Shown: one piece after another, positions 1 through 10,150 of the stretch
Layout of the letters: each line of letters begins with the position of its first letter
Position numbering within the stretch: position 1 is the first letter of the stretch
Assembly: GCA_965602015.1 (NCBI GenBank)
Contig: OZ271918.1
Coordinates: forward strand, 3,616,001-3,680,000
Source of the DNA: Salinispira sp.
GTDB taxonomy: Bacteria; Spirochaetota; Spirochaetia; DSM-27196; Salinispiraceae
Direction of reading: 5' to 3'
Length of the DNA: 64,000 nucleotides
Position numbers and translations under genes: made by a program
The notes under the pieces: generated by a model
What the model saw: the letters and a program-made list of their open reading frames with translations, nothing else
Databases searched by the model: none
Told to the model about the DNA's origin: nothing

Positions 1-1
1 G

Positions 2-1048
2 AATCGCGGCGACAAGGGCCGGATGAGAAGCATTTCCGATGAACAAATCGATGCGCTCATGCTGCTTCGAAAAGAGCATCCAAAACTCTCCACCCCGCGT
101 CTGGTTGAAATTGCTCAAGGAAACGGCGTCTTTCCGTCCGGAAAAGAGGTCTCCATGGCCAGCATTTACCGGCTCATGAAGATCCGCAAAGCCCAACGGG
201 TCAAAGTCGAGTCTGACATGAGGAAGTTCGAGGTACAATTGCCCAACGACCTGTGGCAGTCAGACTGCATGCACGGTCCGAAAGTTCTGCATGGCGGGAA
301 ACTGAGAAAGACCTATCTGTTTGCAATCATTGACGACCATTCAAGGCTCATTACCCATGGCCAGTTCTACCTGGCTGAAACACTGGAAAATTACCTGGAC
401 TGCTTATGGACGGCGTTACGCAAGCGGGGAGTTCCCCGAAAGCTCTATGTCGATAACGGGGCATCATTTAAGGCGCACAGGCTCCAGTTGGGATGTGCTT
501 CGCTGGAAATCGGGCTGCGCTATGCACGGCCGTACCGACCCCAGGGAAAGGGCAAGATTGAACGGTTCTTTCGTACCGTACGTAGCCAGTTTATCCCCGA
601 GCTGCCTGATGAACTTCCTCTGGATGAGATCAACCGGCTGTTTCACCACTACATTGAAAACGGTTATCACCAGAGGATCCATGGCGGTACGGGGCAGAAG
701 CCCCTGGAGCGTTACCTGCAGGATGCCCATGCCTTGCGAAAAGCGCCGGAGAACTTGCCTGAATACTTTCGAAAACGCGAGGAGCGAACGGTAAACAACG
801 ACCGGACGGTGAAACTCGATGGCCGTTTGTATGAAGCCCCTGCGGGATTGGTTGGCATGAAAGTCGTCCTGCGTTTTGAGAATTACGACCGGATTGAAGT
901 CTTTCTCGAGAATCAGTCAAAGGGATTCTTAAGGGATCTGGATCAGGGAGTGAACAGCCGCATTAAGCGGGACGGCACGGGTCCGGTCATGCCGTCGGCT
1001 TCGGGGGGAGCTCTTTTTGAAAAGCTGGGCTCAAAGGCAGGTAGCTAA
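2..1048 (+). CDS. DDE integrase/transposase (rve core + Mu-transposase-like C-terminus; IS481-like), 5'-partial
   Basis: WQSD...IIDDHSR...YVDNG...GKIERFF catalytic motifs; frame is open from the window edge (R-G-D-K-G-R), so the true start lies upstream. Confidence 0.9.
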   Translation, partial: NRGDKGRMRSISDEQIDALMLLRKEHPKLSTPRLVEIAQGNGVFPSGKEVSMASIYRLMKIRKAQRVKVESDMRKFEVQLPNDLWQSDCMHGPKVLHGGKLRKTYLFAIIDDHSRLITHGQFYLAETLENYLDCLWTALRKRGVPRKLYVDNGASFKAHRLQLGCASLEIGLRYARPYRPQGKGKIERFFRTVRSQFIPELPDELPLDEINRLFHHYIENGYHQRIHGGTGQKPLERYLQDAHALRKAPENLPEYFRKREERTVNNDRTVKLDGRLYEAPAGLVGMKVVLRFENYDRIEVFLENQSKGFLRDLDQGVNSRIKRDGTGPVMPSASGGALFEKLGSKAGS

Positions 1049-1854
1049 TGGATACGCTGCGCCACCACTTTGGATTCCGGCACAACCCGTTCCCGCAGAA
1101 TGTAGCGGTAAAGGACCTGTACCCCTTACCGGCATTGGAACCCCTGCGGCAGCGGGTGTTCTTTGCCCTGGAGCAGAAAGCCATTGCCGTCATCACCGGA
1201 GATGTGGGGTCGGGAAAGTCTACGTCATTGCGCTATGTCTCAAGCAAATGCCATTCGAGTGAGTATGAACTGATTACCATTGTCGGCGGGAACTTCTCAC
1301 CCATGGAACTGTACCGGCAGATCCTGCTCACTTTCGGCATGAGCTATATGTCGTTCCAGGTATCGATCATGATCTCGAAGATCCGGGAGCTTATTCTGGA
1401 AATTGCATCCCGCAATGTCATCCCGGTGCTGGTAATCGATGAGGCTCATCTGCTGAAACGGTCAGTGTTTACCCAGCTGCATACCCTTGCTCAGTTTGAA
1501 TTCGATTCCAAACCGGTCATGCCGATGATTCTCTGCGGTCAGGATTTCCTGCTCGATCATCTGATGGCTAACTCAGTTCGGCCTCTGGCGTCCCGGGTGC
1601 TGGGCAAGAATCATCTGGAGTCTATTAAGAAGGAGGTGATGGAAGATTACCTGAATCATCACATCACCCTGGCCGGGGGAACAAAGAAAGCATTCAGTGA
1701 TGAGGCGATCTTTGCCATTCATCAGGGATCCGGTGGTCTCTTGCGGAAAGCCAACTCCCTGGCGAAAACGGCTCTCCTTGCCTGCGCCGGAGATGGTGGA
1801 CAGACTGTTTCTGCAGAACACGTCCGGGTCGCTTCCACCGAGATTTTTATGTAA
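1048..1854 (+). CDS. ExeA-family AAA ATPase (transposition helper)
   Basis: FGFRHNPF N-terminus, Walker A GDVGSGKS, Walker B VIDEAHLL, ILCGQ; TAATG coupling to the transposase. Confidence 0.9.
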   Translation: MDTLRHHFGFRHNPFPQNVAVKDLYPLPALEPLRQRVFFALEQKAIAVITGDVGSGKSTSLRYVSSKCHSSEYELITIVGGNFSPMELYRQILLTFGMSYMSFQVSIMISKIRELILEIASRNVIPVLVIDEAHLLKRSVFTQLHTLAQFEFDSKPVMPMILCGQDFLLDHLMANSVRPLASRVLGKNHLESIKKEVMEDYLNHHITLAGGTKKAFSDEAIFAIHQGSGGLLRKANSLAKTALLACAGDGGQTVSAEHVRVASTEIFM

Positions 1855-1860
1855 ATGCTG

Positions 1861-1884
1861 CCCCTGCCGCGAATGCGGCAGGGG
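1861..1884 (+). terminator. GC-rich hairpin after the ExeA gene
   Basis: CCCCTGCCGC-GAAT-GCGGCAGGGG; no clear U-tract. Confidence 0.5.
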
Positions 1885-2016
1885 GTACCCTTCGTCAGTT
1901 TTACTTGTAAAATTGTTTGTCTGTACGTGCGAGGGTTAGGCTAATTTAATGTGCGAAGCTACAATCGTTTTTCGCGATGGAAGTTAAGCTAAGGAAAGTT
2001 GTGGTAAATTATAGAG

Positions 2017-2247
2017 ATGCAAGATACACCTGAAGAAAGATTATGGAATATTACCCCTTCTTCATTGAGAACGATCACCGAAGAAGAGTGTTATAAAATC
2101 TTGTTGGATTGCCAATATGCCCTTCGAGATCTGCATAATCAGGGTGGAACCCAGCTAAATATAGACCAGCGCAAATTGAAGTTTGATTATTTGAGCCGGA
2201 CTATTAATGTGGTATACACGAGGCTTCATAAAATAAATCGAGAATAA
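2017..2247 (+). CDS. Hypothetical protein (76 aa)
   Basis: ORF with plausible composition; no motif recognised. Confidence 0.45.
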   Translation: MQDTPEERLWNITPSSLRTITEEECYKILLDCQYALRDLHNQGGTQLNIDQRKLKFDYLSRTINVVYTRLHKINRE

Positions 2248-2613
2248 AACCTCAGCTTAACAGGTTTTAACTGCATGGAATCAATACTGACGTAATCAGT
2301 CTCGCTACAGTTATGAAGCCGGGGAGTGTCCCAATATTTTCGACTAATAGGAGATTATCTTAGTGAATGTTGCCCAGAAGATCCATTATGTTTGAACCAA
2401 GGTGGTTCCATGATTAATGATGATGAAGTTACACTCTATGTCTACTCTGATAATTAAGGTGATACGCATCTCCTGAACATCTACGAGCGAGTTTTGGTAT
2501 AGCGTATTCTCTTCTTCTTCGTTTGTTCAACAACATAAAGCCTGTTTTCTCAAAAAGCCAGTATTTAGTCGAAATAATCCCAAGAGACCATTTATCTAGA
2601 TTATATTCTATGC

Positions 2614-3132
2614 ATGAAACGCATAGCTATCATGATGATAATCCTTGTTTCTGCCTTAATTGCCGCCCAGGAAGTAACTAGGGATTCTGAAACTGGTACT
2701 CTTGAGCCTGGTACATATACGATGGATATATTACTTCTAGAGGACGATACACCCAGTGGCCTTCGGATTGAAACCGTATTTCCGGAATATTTGAGAACGG
2801 GACGGCTCACCCTAAGGGCCGATGGCTCTGGCTGGATGCTATTTCCAGAGAACGCTCCACTGAATCGGTTTTCATGGGTAATTGAATCTATGGAAACGTT
2901 TCCCGGTCCGGCGGGGGGCGAGATCATGAATGTAGGCACAAGACAGCACCCAGTTTATCTCCGCCCGCCGGTAATGCGGCTTAATTTCGATCGTTTAGAT
3001 CGTCCACCGCCTGGGTTCATGGTCTTTAACCAGTTTCCCGGTGTTGAGGGAGTCCTATACGCTATTTTGTACCGGCCAATTGATGAAAACGATTTTACAC
3101 TCAGCGCCTACCTCCTAAAGCGGGTAGATTGA
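2614..3132 (+). CDS. Secreted hypothetical protein
   Basis: Signal peptide MKRIAIMMIILVSALIAA-QE. Confidence 0.7.
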   Translation: MKRIAIMMIILVSALIAAQEVTRDSETGTLEPGTYTMDILLLEDDTPSGLRIETVFPEYLRTGRLTLRADGSGWMLFPENAPLNRFSWVIESMETFPGPAGGEIMNVGTRQHPVYLRPPVMRLNFDRLDRPPPGFMVFNQFPGVEGVLYAILYRPIDENDFTLSAYLLKRVD

Positions 3133-3820
3133 AAAAACCGGAGGCGTAAACCTCCGTGCTGGTTGTTTGATACAAACCAGGATTGGCGATAGTTCAACGG
3201 GGCCCCAGTCAAGTTTCCCACGAGAGACACTGCGAGATTGCAGCAATTGAATAGCTGTATATGAAACCATCTCCCACACTTTTATCCCAATAACCAAATC
3301 GCATAATAAGAATCACTTGAACGCGAGCCGTAATTGGCGCGAATCCTTGCAGGCGCAGCCGAAGCAAGGACCCGGACAATTGGCGAATAGTGTGGGGGAG
3401 AGGGGTGATTATTGTGGTTAACGTTGCACTGCACTACAATATTGGTTAGTACTTCGGAGGATGATATCGCAATATATGGATAATCACTCAGTCCTAACTG
3501 GAAGGTGGTACGATGTTCTCGATTCAGAGAGTCCGCACTATCAGACATACAACTTAGAAAATGATGGAACTGGTAACTGGCATGACGACTGGGGTGGCTC
3601 CGCATTCACATGGTCAAGTCAGACATCAGATATAAAATGCATGAAAGGCGTGTTAGTCTTTTTTCACCCAGCTATTACTGAGAAGTACATTTTTCATCTA
3701 GATAATGATCTTCTATTTCTTTCCCCAACAGAAGACACATCCGATACTTATAAACGAACAGAAATAACCTTGAACCGCCCCGGCTTTACCGGAGACAAAA
3801 TCTTGTGAGAGGATGGAGTC

Positions 3821-4147
3821 ATGGTAAAGAAAAACAGCAGGTTTTCTGAGGAAGTTAAGGAGCGGGCAATCCGCATGGTATTCGCCGCCAAAGGTGAATA
3901 TGATTCTCAGTGGGCCGCAATTGAGTCGATAGCTGAAAAGATAGGCTGTACTGCAGAGACGTTACGGCGGTGGGTTCGCCAAGCCGAGAAAGATAATGGT
4001 AGTCGGGAGGGACTTACAACCGACGAGAAGAAGCGAATCAAGGAGCTCGAGCGGGAGAACCGGGAGCTCAAGAAAGCCAATGAGATTCTACGTCTGGCTT
4101 CCGCATATTTCGCGAAGGCGGAGCTCGACCGCCAACACAAGAAATAG
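3821..4147 (+). CDS. IS3-family transposase OrfA
   Basis: HTH + leucine zipper (LERENRELKKANEILR), SAYFAKAELDR end typical of the IS51 group. Confidence 0.95.
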   Translation: MVKKNSRFSEEVKERAIRMVFAAKGEYDSQWAAIESIAEKIGCTAETLRRWVRQAEKDNGSREGLTTDEKKRIKELERENRELKKANEILRLASAYFAKAELDRQHKK

Positions 4148-4203
4148 TCTGCTTCATTGATGAACACCGCGATGACTATGGGGTCGAGCCGATTTGTACT
4201 CAG

Positions 4204-5043
4204 GTGCCAATCGCTCCTTCGGTGTACTACGAACAGAAAAAGCGAGTAAAACACCCTGAAACAGCTCCCGCAAGGGTAAAGCGCGATGAAATCCTGAAGC
4301 CAGAGATCCAGAGGGTTTGGGATGAGAATTATGAGGTTTACGGCGTTCGCAAGGTCTGGCACCAGCTGAAGCGAGAAGGATTCCAGATCGCACGATGTAC
4401 CGTGGCCCGTCTCATGGCTGTCATGGGGCTTAAAGGCGTCATACGAGGCCGCAAGGTGCGAACCACAGTACCGGACCCGAAAAATGAACGTCCGCTCGAT
4501 TTGGTGCACAGGGAATTCAGTGCCGACCGTCCGAATCAGCTGTGGGTGGCGGATTTCACTTATTGCGCGTCTTGGGTGGGTTTTGTATATGTGGCATTTA
4601 TCATCGATGTATTTTCACGAATGATCGTCGGATGGCGTGCCTCGAGGTCCATGAGCGCAGAGCTGACGCTGGATGCTCTGGAACAAGCCCTGTGGGCAAG
4701 GCAACCTGAAAATGGGCTGATCCACCACAGTGATCGTGGGAGCCAGTATCTGTCAATCCGGTATTCTGACCGCTTAGCAGAAGAAGGCATTGCCCCATCT
4801 GTTGGGAGTGTAGGCAGCTCATATGACAACGCGCTGGCTGAAACCATAAACGGACTGTACAAATCCGAAATGATCTACCGTAAAGGACCGTGGAAAAACC
4901 TGGATGCTATTGAGGCTGCTACGCTGGAATGGGTAAGCTGGTACAACAATAAACGGATTTATGAAATCCTGGGATATATGCCTCCGGCAGAGTTTGAGAA
5001 GGCATATTATGATCAACTGCAAGACGCAGCCAGCGGGCTGTAG
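4204..5043 (+). CDS. IS3-family transposase OrfB (DDE; probably fused to OrfA by -1 frameshift)
   Basis: WVADFTY, HHSDRGSQY, DNALAETING motifs. Confidence 0.95.
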   Translation: MPIAPSVYYEQKKRVKHPETAPARVKRDEILKPEIQRVWDENYEVYGVRKVWHQLKREGFQIARCTVARLMAVMGLKGVIRGRKVRTTVPDPKNERPLDLVHREFSADRPNQLWVADFTYCASWVGFVYVAFIIDVFSRMIVGWRASRSMSAELTLDALEQALWARQPENGLIHHSDRGSQYLSIRYSDRLAEEGIAPSVGSVGSSYDNALAETINGLYKSEMIYRKGPWKNLDAIEAATLEWVSWYNNKRIYEILGYMPPAEFEKAYYDQLQDAASGL

Positions 5044-5540
5044 TCATACAAAACACTCTCCGGGATTCCCGGGGCGGTTCACCTTTTACCGCTCGATTGA
5101 TTTTTTATTCACTGGTAATGAATAAGAGTGTTCAAGCTATTTGAGCAATAACCCCAACCTTTTTGAGCTTGAGTCCTTAGATCATACTTCGTCCACGTTC
5201 TCGCCATCCATGCTCTGGACGTGGCGTGATTAAGTACTCAACGCGCACTTCGGGATAACTGCAGTGTGCAAATGAACGGAAAACTCATCAGTTAGAGATT
5301 CCACTCACCTATTAGGTGTTTTCCAGAGATGGATGGGGCATACAAAGCTTTTCCCTCAAAATCACTTAACTTAAATGCACGTGCTTTTATTGAAAAAGTG
5401 AGGACATAATCTTCCGAATTTTCACCACATAATACCGATTATGTAGCCACCGCTATTTATTGAGCTGACTGGATAATGAAAGCGCTGGTCTTTCTCAGTC
5501 TTTAATTGAATTATAGTGCATCTGAAATGTAGAATTAGGG

Positions 5541-6494
5541 ATGCCAAAATTCCGACTCTATTTGGATCACAATATCATCCAATACGTCATAGAAGGGCGA
5601 CTCATTTTGCCTGCTTCATCTGACATCGAATACGTGTATTCAAACGAGCATTTCGCTGAAATCTCTCGAAGTGAAGATGAACGGTTTTTCGGAGCTATAA
5701 GACGGTTACAAGCTCGGATAATTGACGTCTCACTCGACGAACACAATAATTTCACCGATCAAGGTTTTTTACATGACTATATGGATCCAGAAGAAGCATA
5801 TCTGAACTACAAGAAAACATTGGAAGATGTGCCGGTAGATGCAGTTGGAATGTTCCGCGACATACAAGTGCTAATGAATGGAAATAAAGAGACTTTGTCG
5901 CCCTCCGAAATTAGTGAAAATTTTGTAAAGACATTGGGCGATCTGATAGGTGATATTGACCTGCCTGAGGGTTTGGATTTCGTGAAAGCGCCCTTAATTA
6001 ATCAGGTTGAAAGTATTGCTATGGAATTTGAAAAGACCCTTAGCAAACATATCCCTGACATAAAGCCTCTTGAAGAAATGAGAAAAGCAATGAGTCCCCA
6101 TTTATTCAGTGGTTTGGACCCTGCAAATGGGTTGATACTCGACCAAATTTGGCAGGAGATACAGTTAAAAATGAATGGAGTATCAAAAGAACAGTTTTAC
6201 GGACATACCTCTCAGCCAGGCAATCAGAAATGGCGGTACTCCAAATATGGCCAAGTTATTCATCTCCATGGATTATTAAATTTCTTGGGTTACTGGCCTG
6301 ATAAGGGACTCAACAAAATGAACAAGATTACAGGCATAAATAGTGATGCCTCACACCTAGCACATGCGATTTTATGTAATGGCATACTAAGTGCTGATAA
6401 ACGACTTTGCATGAAGGCAACAGCAATTTATAAGTATTTAGGATTAAATACATCTGTTTTGCGGCTTGATTTTAGGAGCAAAAATACTGACTGA
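5541..6494 (+). CDS. PIN-like domain protein with large internal insertion
   Basis: N-terminal LYLDHN, EHFAEI and C-terminal SDASHLAHA...LSADKRL match the spacing of PIN acidic residues. Confidence 0.6.
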   Translation: MPKFRLYLDHNIIQYVIEGRLILPASSDIEYVYSNEHFAEISRSEDERFFGAIRRLQARIIDVSLDEHNNFTDQGFLHDYMDPEEAYLNYKKTLEDVPVDAVGMFRDIQVLMNGNKETLSPSEISENFVKTLGDLIGDIDLPEGLDFVKAPLINQVESIAMEFEKTLSKHIPDIKPLEEMRKAMSPHLFSGLDPANGLILDQIWQEIQLKMNGVSKEQFYGHTSQPGNQKWRYSKYGQVIHLHGLLNFLGYWPDKGLNKMNKITGINSDASHLAHAILCNGILSADKRLCMKATAIYKYLGLNTSVLRLDFRSKNTD

Positions 6495-6723
6495 GGCGAG
6501 GGGCTGTATGCATCCATTAGTTCAATTGGGAATAGATGGTTTGAGTATAAACACGATCAAGTCGTTCATTTTGTTGAAGTGACCAATATAAAATAGAGAG
6601 CTTTTCAATACGATCTTATTATTACCATGAAATCATGGACCTATACATCGAAAAATATGTATACATATTCAAAGATGTTATTTCAAAGTATATTAGTAAA
6701 TGTATAATCACTTTGGAGTAATC

Positions 6724-7884
6724 ATGCCTACGTTCTATGAATTTTTTGCTGGTGGTGGAATGGCTCGTCTTGGCCTCGGCGATAACTGGCAATGTCTTTT
6801 TGCAAACGATATTTCGGAAAAAAAAGCAAAAGCTTATGAAGATAACTTCGGAAAAGAGGAAATACTTTGCGAAGATATTCATCGACTAAATACTCAACAG
6901 CTCCCCGGTAAACCAGATTTGATTTGGGGTTCATTCCCTTGTCAAGATTTATCGTTAGCAGGAAATGGTGAAGGATTAAGTGGAAAGCGAAGTGGAACCT
7001 TTAATAGGTTGATTGATATTATCTGTCTTTTAAAAGCTGAAGAACGAGACCCATCGCTCGTTGTAATTGAAAATGTCATAGGTACACTCTCCACACATAA
7101 CGGCAAAGATTTTAGAACAATTGTTGGTAAATTTATAAATATAGATTATAGCGTGGGTGCTGTAATTGTAGATGCTATTCATTTTGTTCCTCAGTCTAGA
7201 CCAAGGTTTTTTTTAATTGCAATTAAAAACAAGTATGCAAACCAGATCCATCAAAATAAGACATTTAAACCTGATAGTACATGGCATCCTCCAAGATTAA
7301 TTAAGGCATATGAAACATTGTCTGATGAAGCAAAGGAGAAGTGGATATGGTGGGATATGCCCATCCCCGCACCAAGGCAGACCGAGCTAATAGATATTAT
7401 TGAAGAGAATCAGACTGATGTTGAATATTTTTCTGCTGAACGGGTTGAAAAGCTAATTAATATGATGAGTGAAACCAATCTGTTAAAGTTATCTTCAGCA
7501 AAATCTCAAGGGGAGAAAATTGCTGGCGGATTATATAAGCGCATTCGAGTAAATAAGTACGGTGAACGTTCTCAGCGCGCCGAAGTACGGTTTGATGGAA
7601 ATGCAGGCTGCCTTCGGACGCCAACTGGTGGGTCAAGTAAACAAACTTTAGTGATTGTAGAGGGAGATGAAGTCAAAGCAAGATATTTATCTCGTAGAGA
7701 GACCGCGAGATTGATGGGTGTGCCAGATAATTATATCCTTCCACAACTGAACAATGAAGCGTATTATCTTTTTGGTGATGGGTTGGCAGTTCCCGCTGTT
7801 AGATGGATTGAAACTCACATACTCCGTGGAGTCTATGAAAATTATATTTCTGTTTCACCTGAATCGCGCATAAAATCTGCATAG
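6724..7884 (+). CDS. DNA (cytosine-5) methyltransferase
   Basis: Motifs FAGGG, FPCQDLS, ENV, QSRPRF, RETARLMG, GDGLAVP; GGAG RBS before ATG 6724. Confidence 0.95.
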   Translation: MPTFYEFFAGGGMARLGLGDNWQCLFANDISEKKAKAYEDNFGKEEILCEDIHRLNTQQLPGKPDLIWGSFPCQDLSLAGNGEGLSGKRSGTFNRLIDIICLLKAEERDPSLVVIENVIGTLSTHNGKDFRTIVGKFINIDYSVGAVIVDAIHFVPQSRPRFFLIAIKNKYANQIHQNKTFKPDSTWHPPRLIKAYETLSDEAKEKWIWWDMPIPAPRQTELIDIIEENQTDVEYFSAERVEKLINMMSETNLLKLSSAKSQGEKIAGGLYKRIRVNKYGERSQRAEVRFDGNAGCLRTPTGGSSKQTLVIVEGDEVKARYLSRRETARLMGVPDNYILPQLNNEAYYLFGDGLAVPAVRWIETHILRGVYENYISVSPESRIKSA

Positions 7885-8417
7885 TATTTTTCCATTCTTT
7901 TAAAGTGCACCCTTAACATTCGTCGTTGCTCCTGGTTATTCTTTACTTCCAATATATGTGTGAAGAGGCTAGTCAGGTGATTAAGCTGCCTTGGCAGCCG
8001 TTGAATTGGATTGAGGCGCATATCTCTTTCTTCTTCAGACATTATTTGAACAATTTCTTTATTGGGTATGTTTTCAGGTGTACTGCTTGTTGTTGGAAGT
8101 TTGCCATTTACCAAGGCAGATTGTTGATCATATTCATTAATTAGGTAGTCTTCTAAATTATTGATCAAGGCTGATTCAACTTCCCCCTTCTCGCCTAGTG
8201 GCCAAGCCCAAATTTCATAGACTTCCCAAATATCTAACTGTCTATTGGCTATCACATCACTACGAGCACTAGTGATATGTCGATTTACCCTTCTCCGAAT
8301 TCCATCTGTTGACTGACCTATGTACAATGGTATCTTGTTCAAATCACATAAAGCATAAACACCAACCTGGTTTGTTAAATCCTTGAGAGCTTGCTTTCGG
8401 TAGTCTTTTATATCCAT
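7842..8417 (-). CDS. GIY-YIG nuclease family protein
   Basis: GVYAL...LYIGQS...RRRVNRH...LEDYLI...VNG; start 8417 or 8453. Confidence 0.85.
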   Translation of the reverse strand: MDIKDYRKQALKDLTNQVGVYALCDLNKIPLYIGQSTDGIRRRVNRHITSARSDVIANRQLDIWEVYEIWAWPLGEKGEVESALINNLEDYLINEYDQQSALVNGKLPTTSSTPENIPNKEIVQIMSEEERDMRLNPIQRLPRQLNHLTSLFTHILEVKNNQEQRRMLRVHFKRMEKYYADFMRDSGETEI

Positions 8418-8621
8418 TATATTAAGGATGATCTTTATCTTCGTATGAGTCAATCACAGAGCACATAAACACCATTATGCGCTCAGTTTCCTAAGCGCTT
8501 ATGCGCTAGAAAACGGAAATATTTCTACAAATCCCGACACAAATCCTGTCAGTGGATTGTCCATATAATTCCACTCCTCGGCGTTCTATAGTCATAGTAT
8601 CAAAACAACGAGGAGTGAATT

Positions 8622-8753
8622 ATGGCAAAAAAGACAAACCATAACTCAGACATTCAAAACCGGAACAAAGGGACAAAAGGTACCAACTCAACCTATGATA
8701 AGAATCAGGGTAATCGTGGAAAGCAGAAGAATCCAAATCAGAAGAACAAATGA
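8622..8753 (+). CDS. 43-aa Asn/Lys/Gln-rich micro-protein (not in ORF track)
   Basis: AGGAG 8611-8615; MAKKTNHNSDIQNRNKGTKGTNSTYDKNQGNRGKQKNPNQKNK*; hairpin follows at 8760-8784. Confidence 0.7.
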   Translation: MAKKTNHNSDIQNRNKGTKGTNSTYDKNQGNRGKQKNPNQKNK

Positions 8754-8792
8754 GGAGAATGAGGGGCAGCCTAGCTGCTCCTCAAAGATTTT

Positions 8793-10097
8793 ATGTATCC
8801 AACAATATGGAAATTCATTGGTCAGTTGGCCATCTTCTTTGTTTATGATCTGATAAATGAGAAAAAGGATAAAGACCGAATCCAACAACTCGTAGATAGG
8901 TTGAGAGATGAGGATGGCAACTTAAGGCATGATGTCGATGAAATACTTGAATCGTATGGCGAGTACTTGCTTGAGACATTTCAAAGCAATGAAATAGCAG
9001 CATTATTTAACCGGTTATTTTACGCCCAGACCGAATTATATCGAAAGCTTATAATGGACCAGCCTTCGTACTTGAGTAACATCAATGCTGAGCATGGGTT
9101 CTGGTCCCAGTACGTTATTTTCTTTCTTGGGTTTTGTATTCAATCAATCTTTCCTTGGATGGACGAGCACGAGCTATATGTTCCTGATGAGATATTCTCT
9201 ATCTTGTTTCCATTTATGGAGAAAAAGCAGACATCATCCTTCAATGAAATGATTAATTGGCTCATTCGTGAACATGGAAACAACAAACGGCAGTTTGCAT
9301 TAACTTTGGCACCTGATGATGAGCAGGTTGATTCATATGTGAAGAAGGTGCAGCGTTGGAGTACACGGCGATCAGTCCCAAATTTCATAGAAGTAAACAG
9401 TATCTTAAAACCAATCTGGGACAAATATGATGACTCAAAATTCGCAACAGGACTCCAGATATGTTTGTACTTAAGTATTGCGATTTCCAAGCAGCAGAAA
9501 GAATTTATAACACAGGAAATGGGATTAGAAATAAAAGCTGCTGTGATCGACCAGAGCTTCGGAATGCTTAGTGATGAAATGAATAAGAAAGCTCTTGAGC
9601 AGCAAAAGCAATTCGAGATTTATCAAGAGCAGGTATTCCAGCCTGTATATTCTCTTCTGGAGGATGTCAAAAAACAAAGCAGTTCTTTTGCTGAATTAGC
9701 TCAAGAAATATCTGCATATTGCGATTCGCATGAGCAGTATATCCAAGATTTTAATGCACAACCGCTCATCTCTTTTTTACAGGGGAGAATGCTCTATATG
9801 CAAAATAAATATTCTGAAGCACTTCCATTTTATCAGGATGCATATGACCTCGGTAGATATCGTATAGGTCGGAAGATTAAGGTTGTCATCTATGAATTCA
9901 TGCATTGTTGCAGAAAAATTGAAGATATACGTACCTTTACTCGGTTGTATGATTGGTCGAGCTACATCCTTGGTCAGCAATATAAGGATGCTCTTCAGAC
10001 AAGGGTAAAAAGTGTAGATGAGGTCTGGTCTGATTTTGATCATGATGAAAAACAGTTTGTGTTCATCAACCACCAGACGGGGACTATCTACTCGTAA
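8793..10097 (+). CDS. Hypothetical alpha-helical protein with C-terminal TPR-like segment
   Basis: 434-aa ORF; FLQGRMLYMQNKYSEALPFYQDAYDLG is TPR-like. Confidence 0.7.
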   Translation: MYPTIWKFIGQLAIFFVYDLINEKKDKDRIQQLVDRLRDEDGNLRHDVDEILESYGEYLLETFQSNEIAALFNRLFYAQTELYRKLIMDQPSYLSNINAEHGFWSQYVIFFLGFCIQSIFPWMDEHELYVPDEIFSILFPFMEKKQTSSFNEMINWLIREHGNNKRQFALTLAPDDEQVDSYVKKVQRWSTRRSVPNFIEVNSILKPIWDKYDDSKFATGLQICLYLSIAISKQQKEFITQEMGLEIKAAVIDQSFGMLSDEMNKKALEQQKQFEIYQEQVFQPVYSLLEDVKKQSSSFAELAQEISAYCDSHEQYIQDFNAQPLISFLQGRMLYMQNKYSEALPFYQDAYDLGRYRIGRKIKVVIYEFMHCCRKIEDIRTFTRLYDWSSYILGQQYKDALQTRVKSVDEVWSDFDHDEKQFVFINHQTGTIYS

Positions 10098-10150
10098 ACA
10101 GTAATTTCAATATTTTGATTATCTCTCAAATCTTTTTAGGAGGGACAGGT

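Larger units (their letters stand above)
1..1963 (+). mobile_element. Right part of a DDE+ExeA insertion element; probable right end ...GTGCGAAGCTACA at 1963
   Basis: Sharp GC drop after ~1960, terminal ACA (TGT on the other strand), GTGCGA repeated at 1927 and 1951; left end outside window. Confidence 0.6.
3771..5081 (+). mobile_element. IS3-family (IS51/IS629-like group) insertion sequence, 1311 bp
   Basis: Terminal IRs TGAACCGCCCCGG / CCGGGGCGGTTCA; 3-bp target duplication CCT at 3768-3770 and 5082-5084; orfA/orfB. Confidence 0.97.
3461..5125 (+). pseudogene. Hypothetical gene interrupted near its 3' end by the IS3-family element
   Basis: Removing 3771-5084 rejoins the frame ...EIT-FYRSIDFLFTGNE* (TAA 5123-5125); start uncertain. 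Confidence 0.55.
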
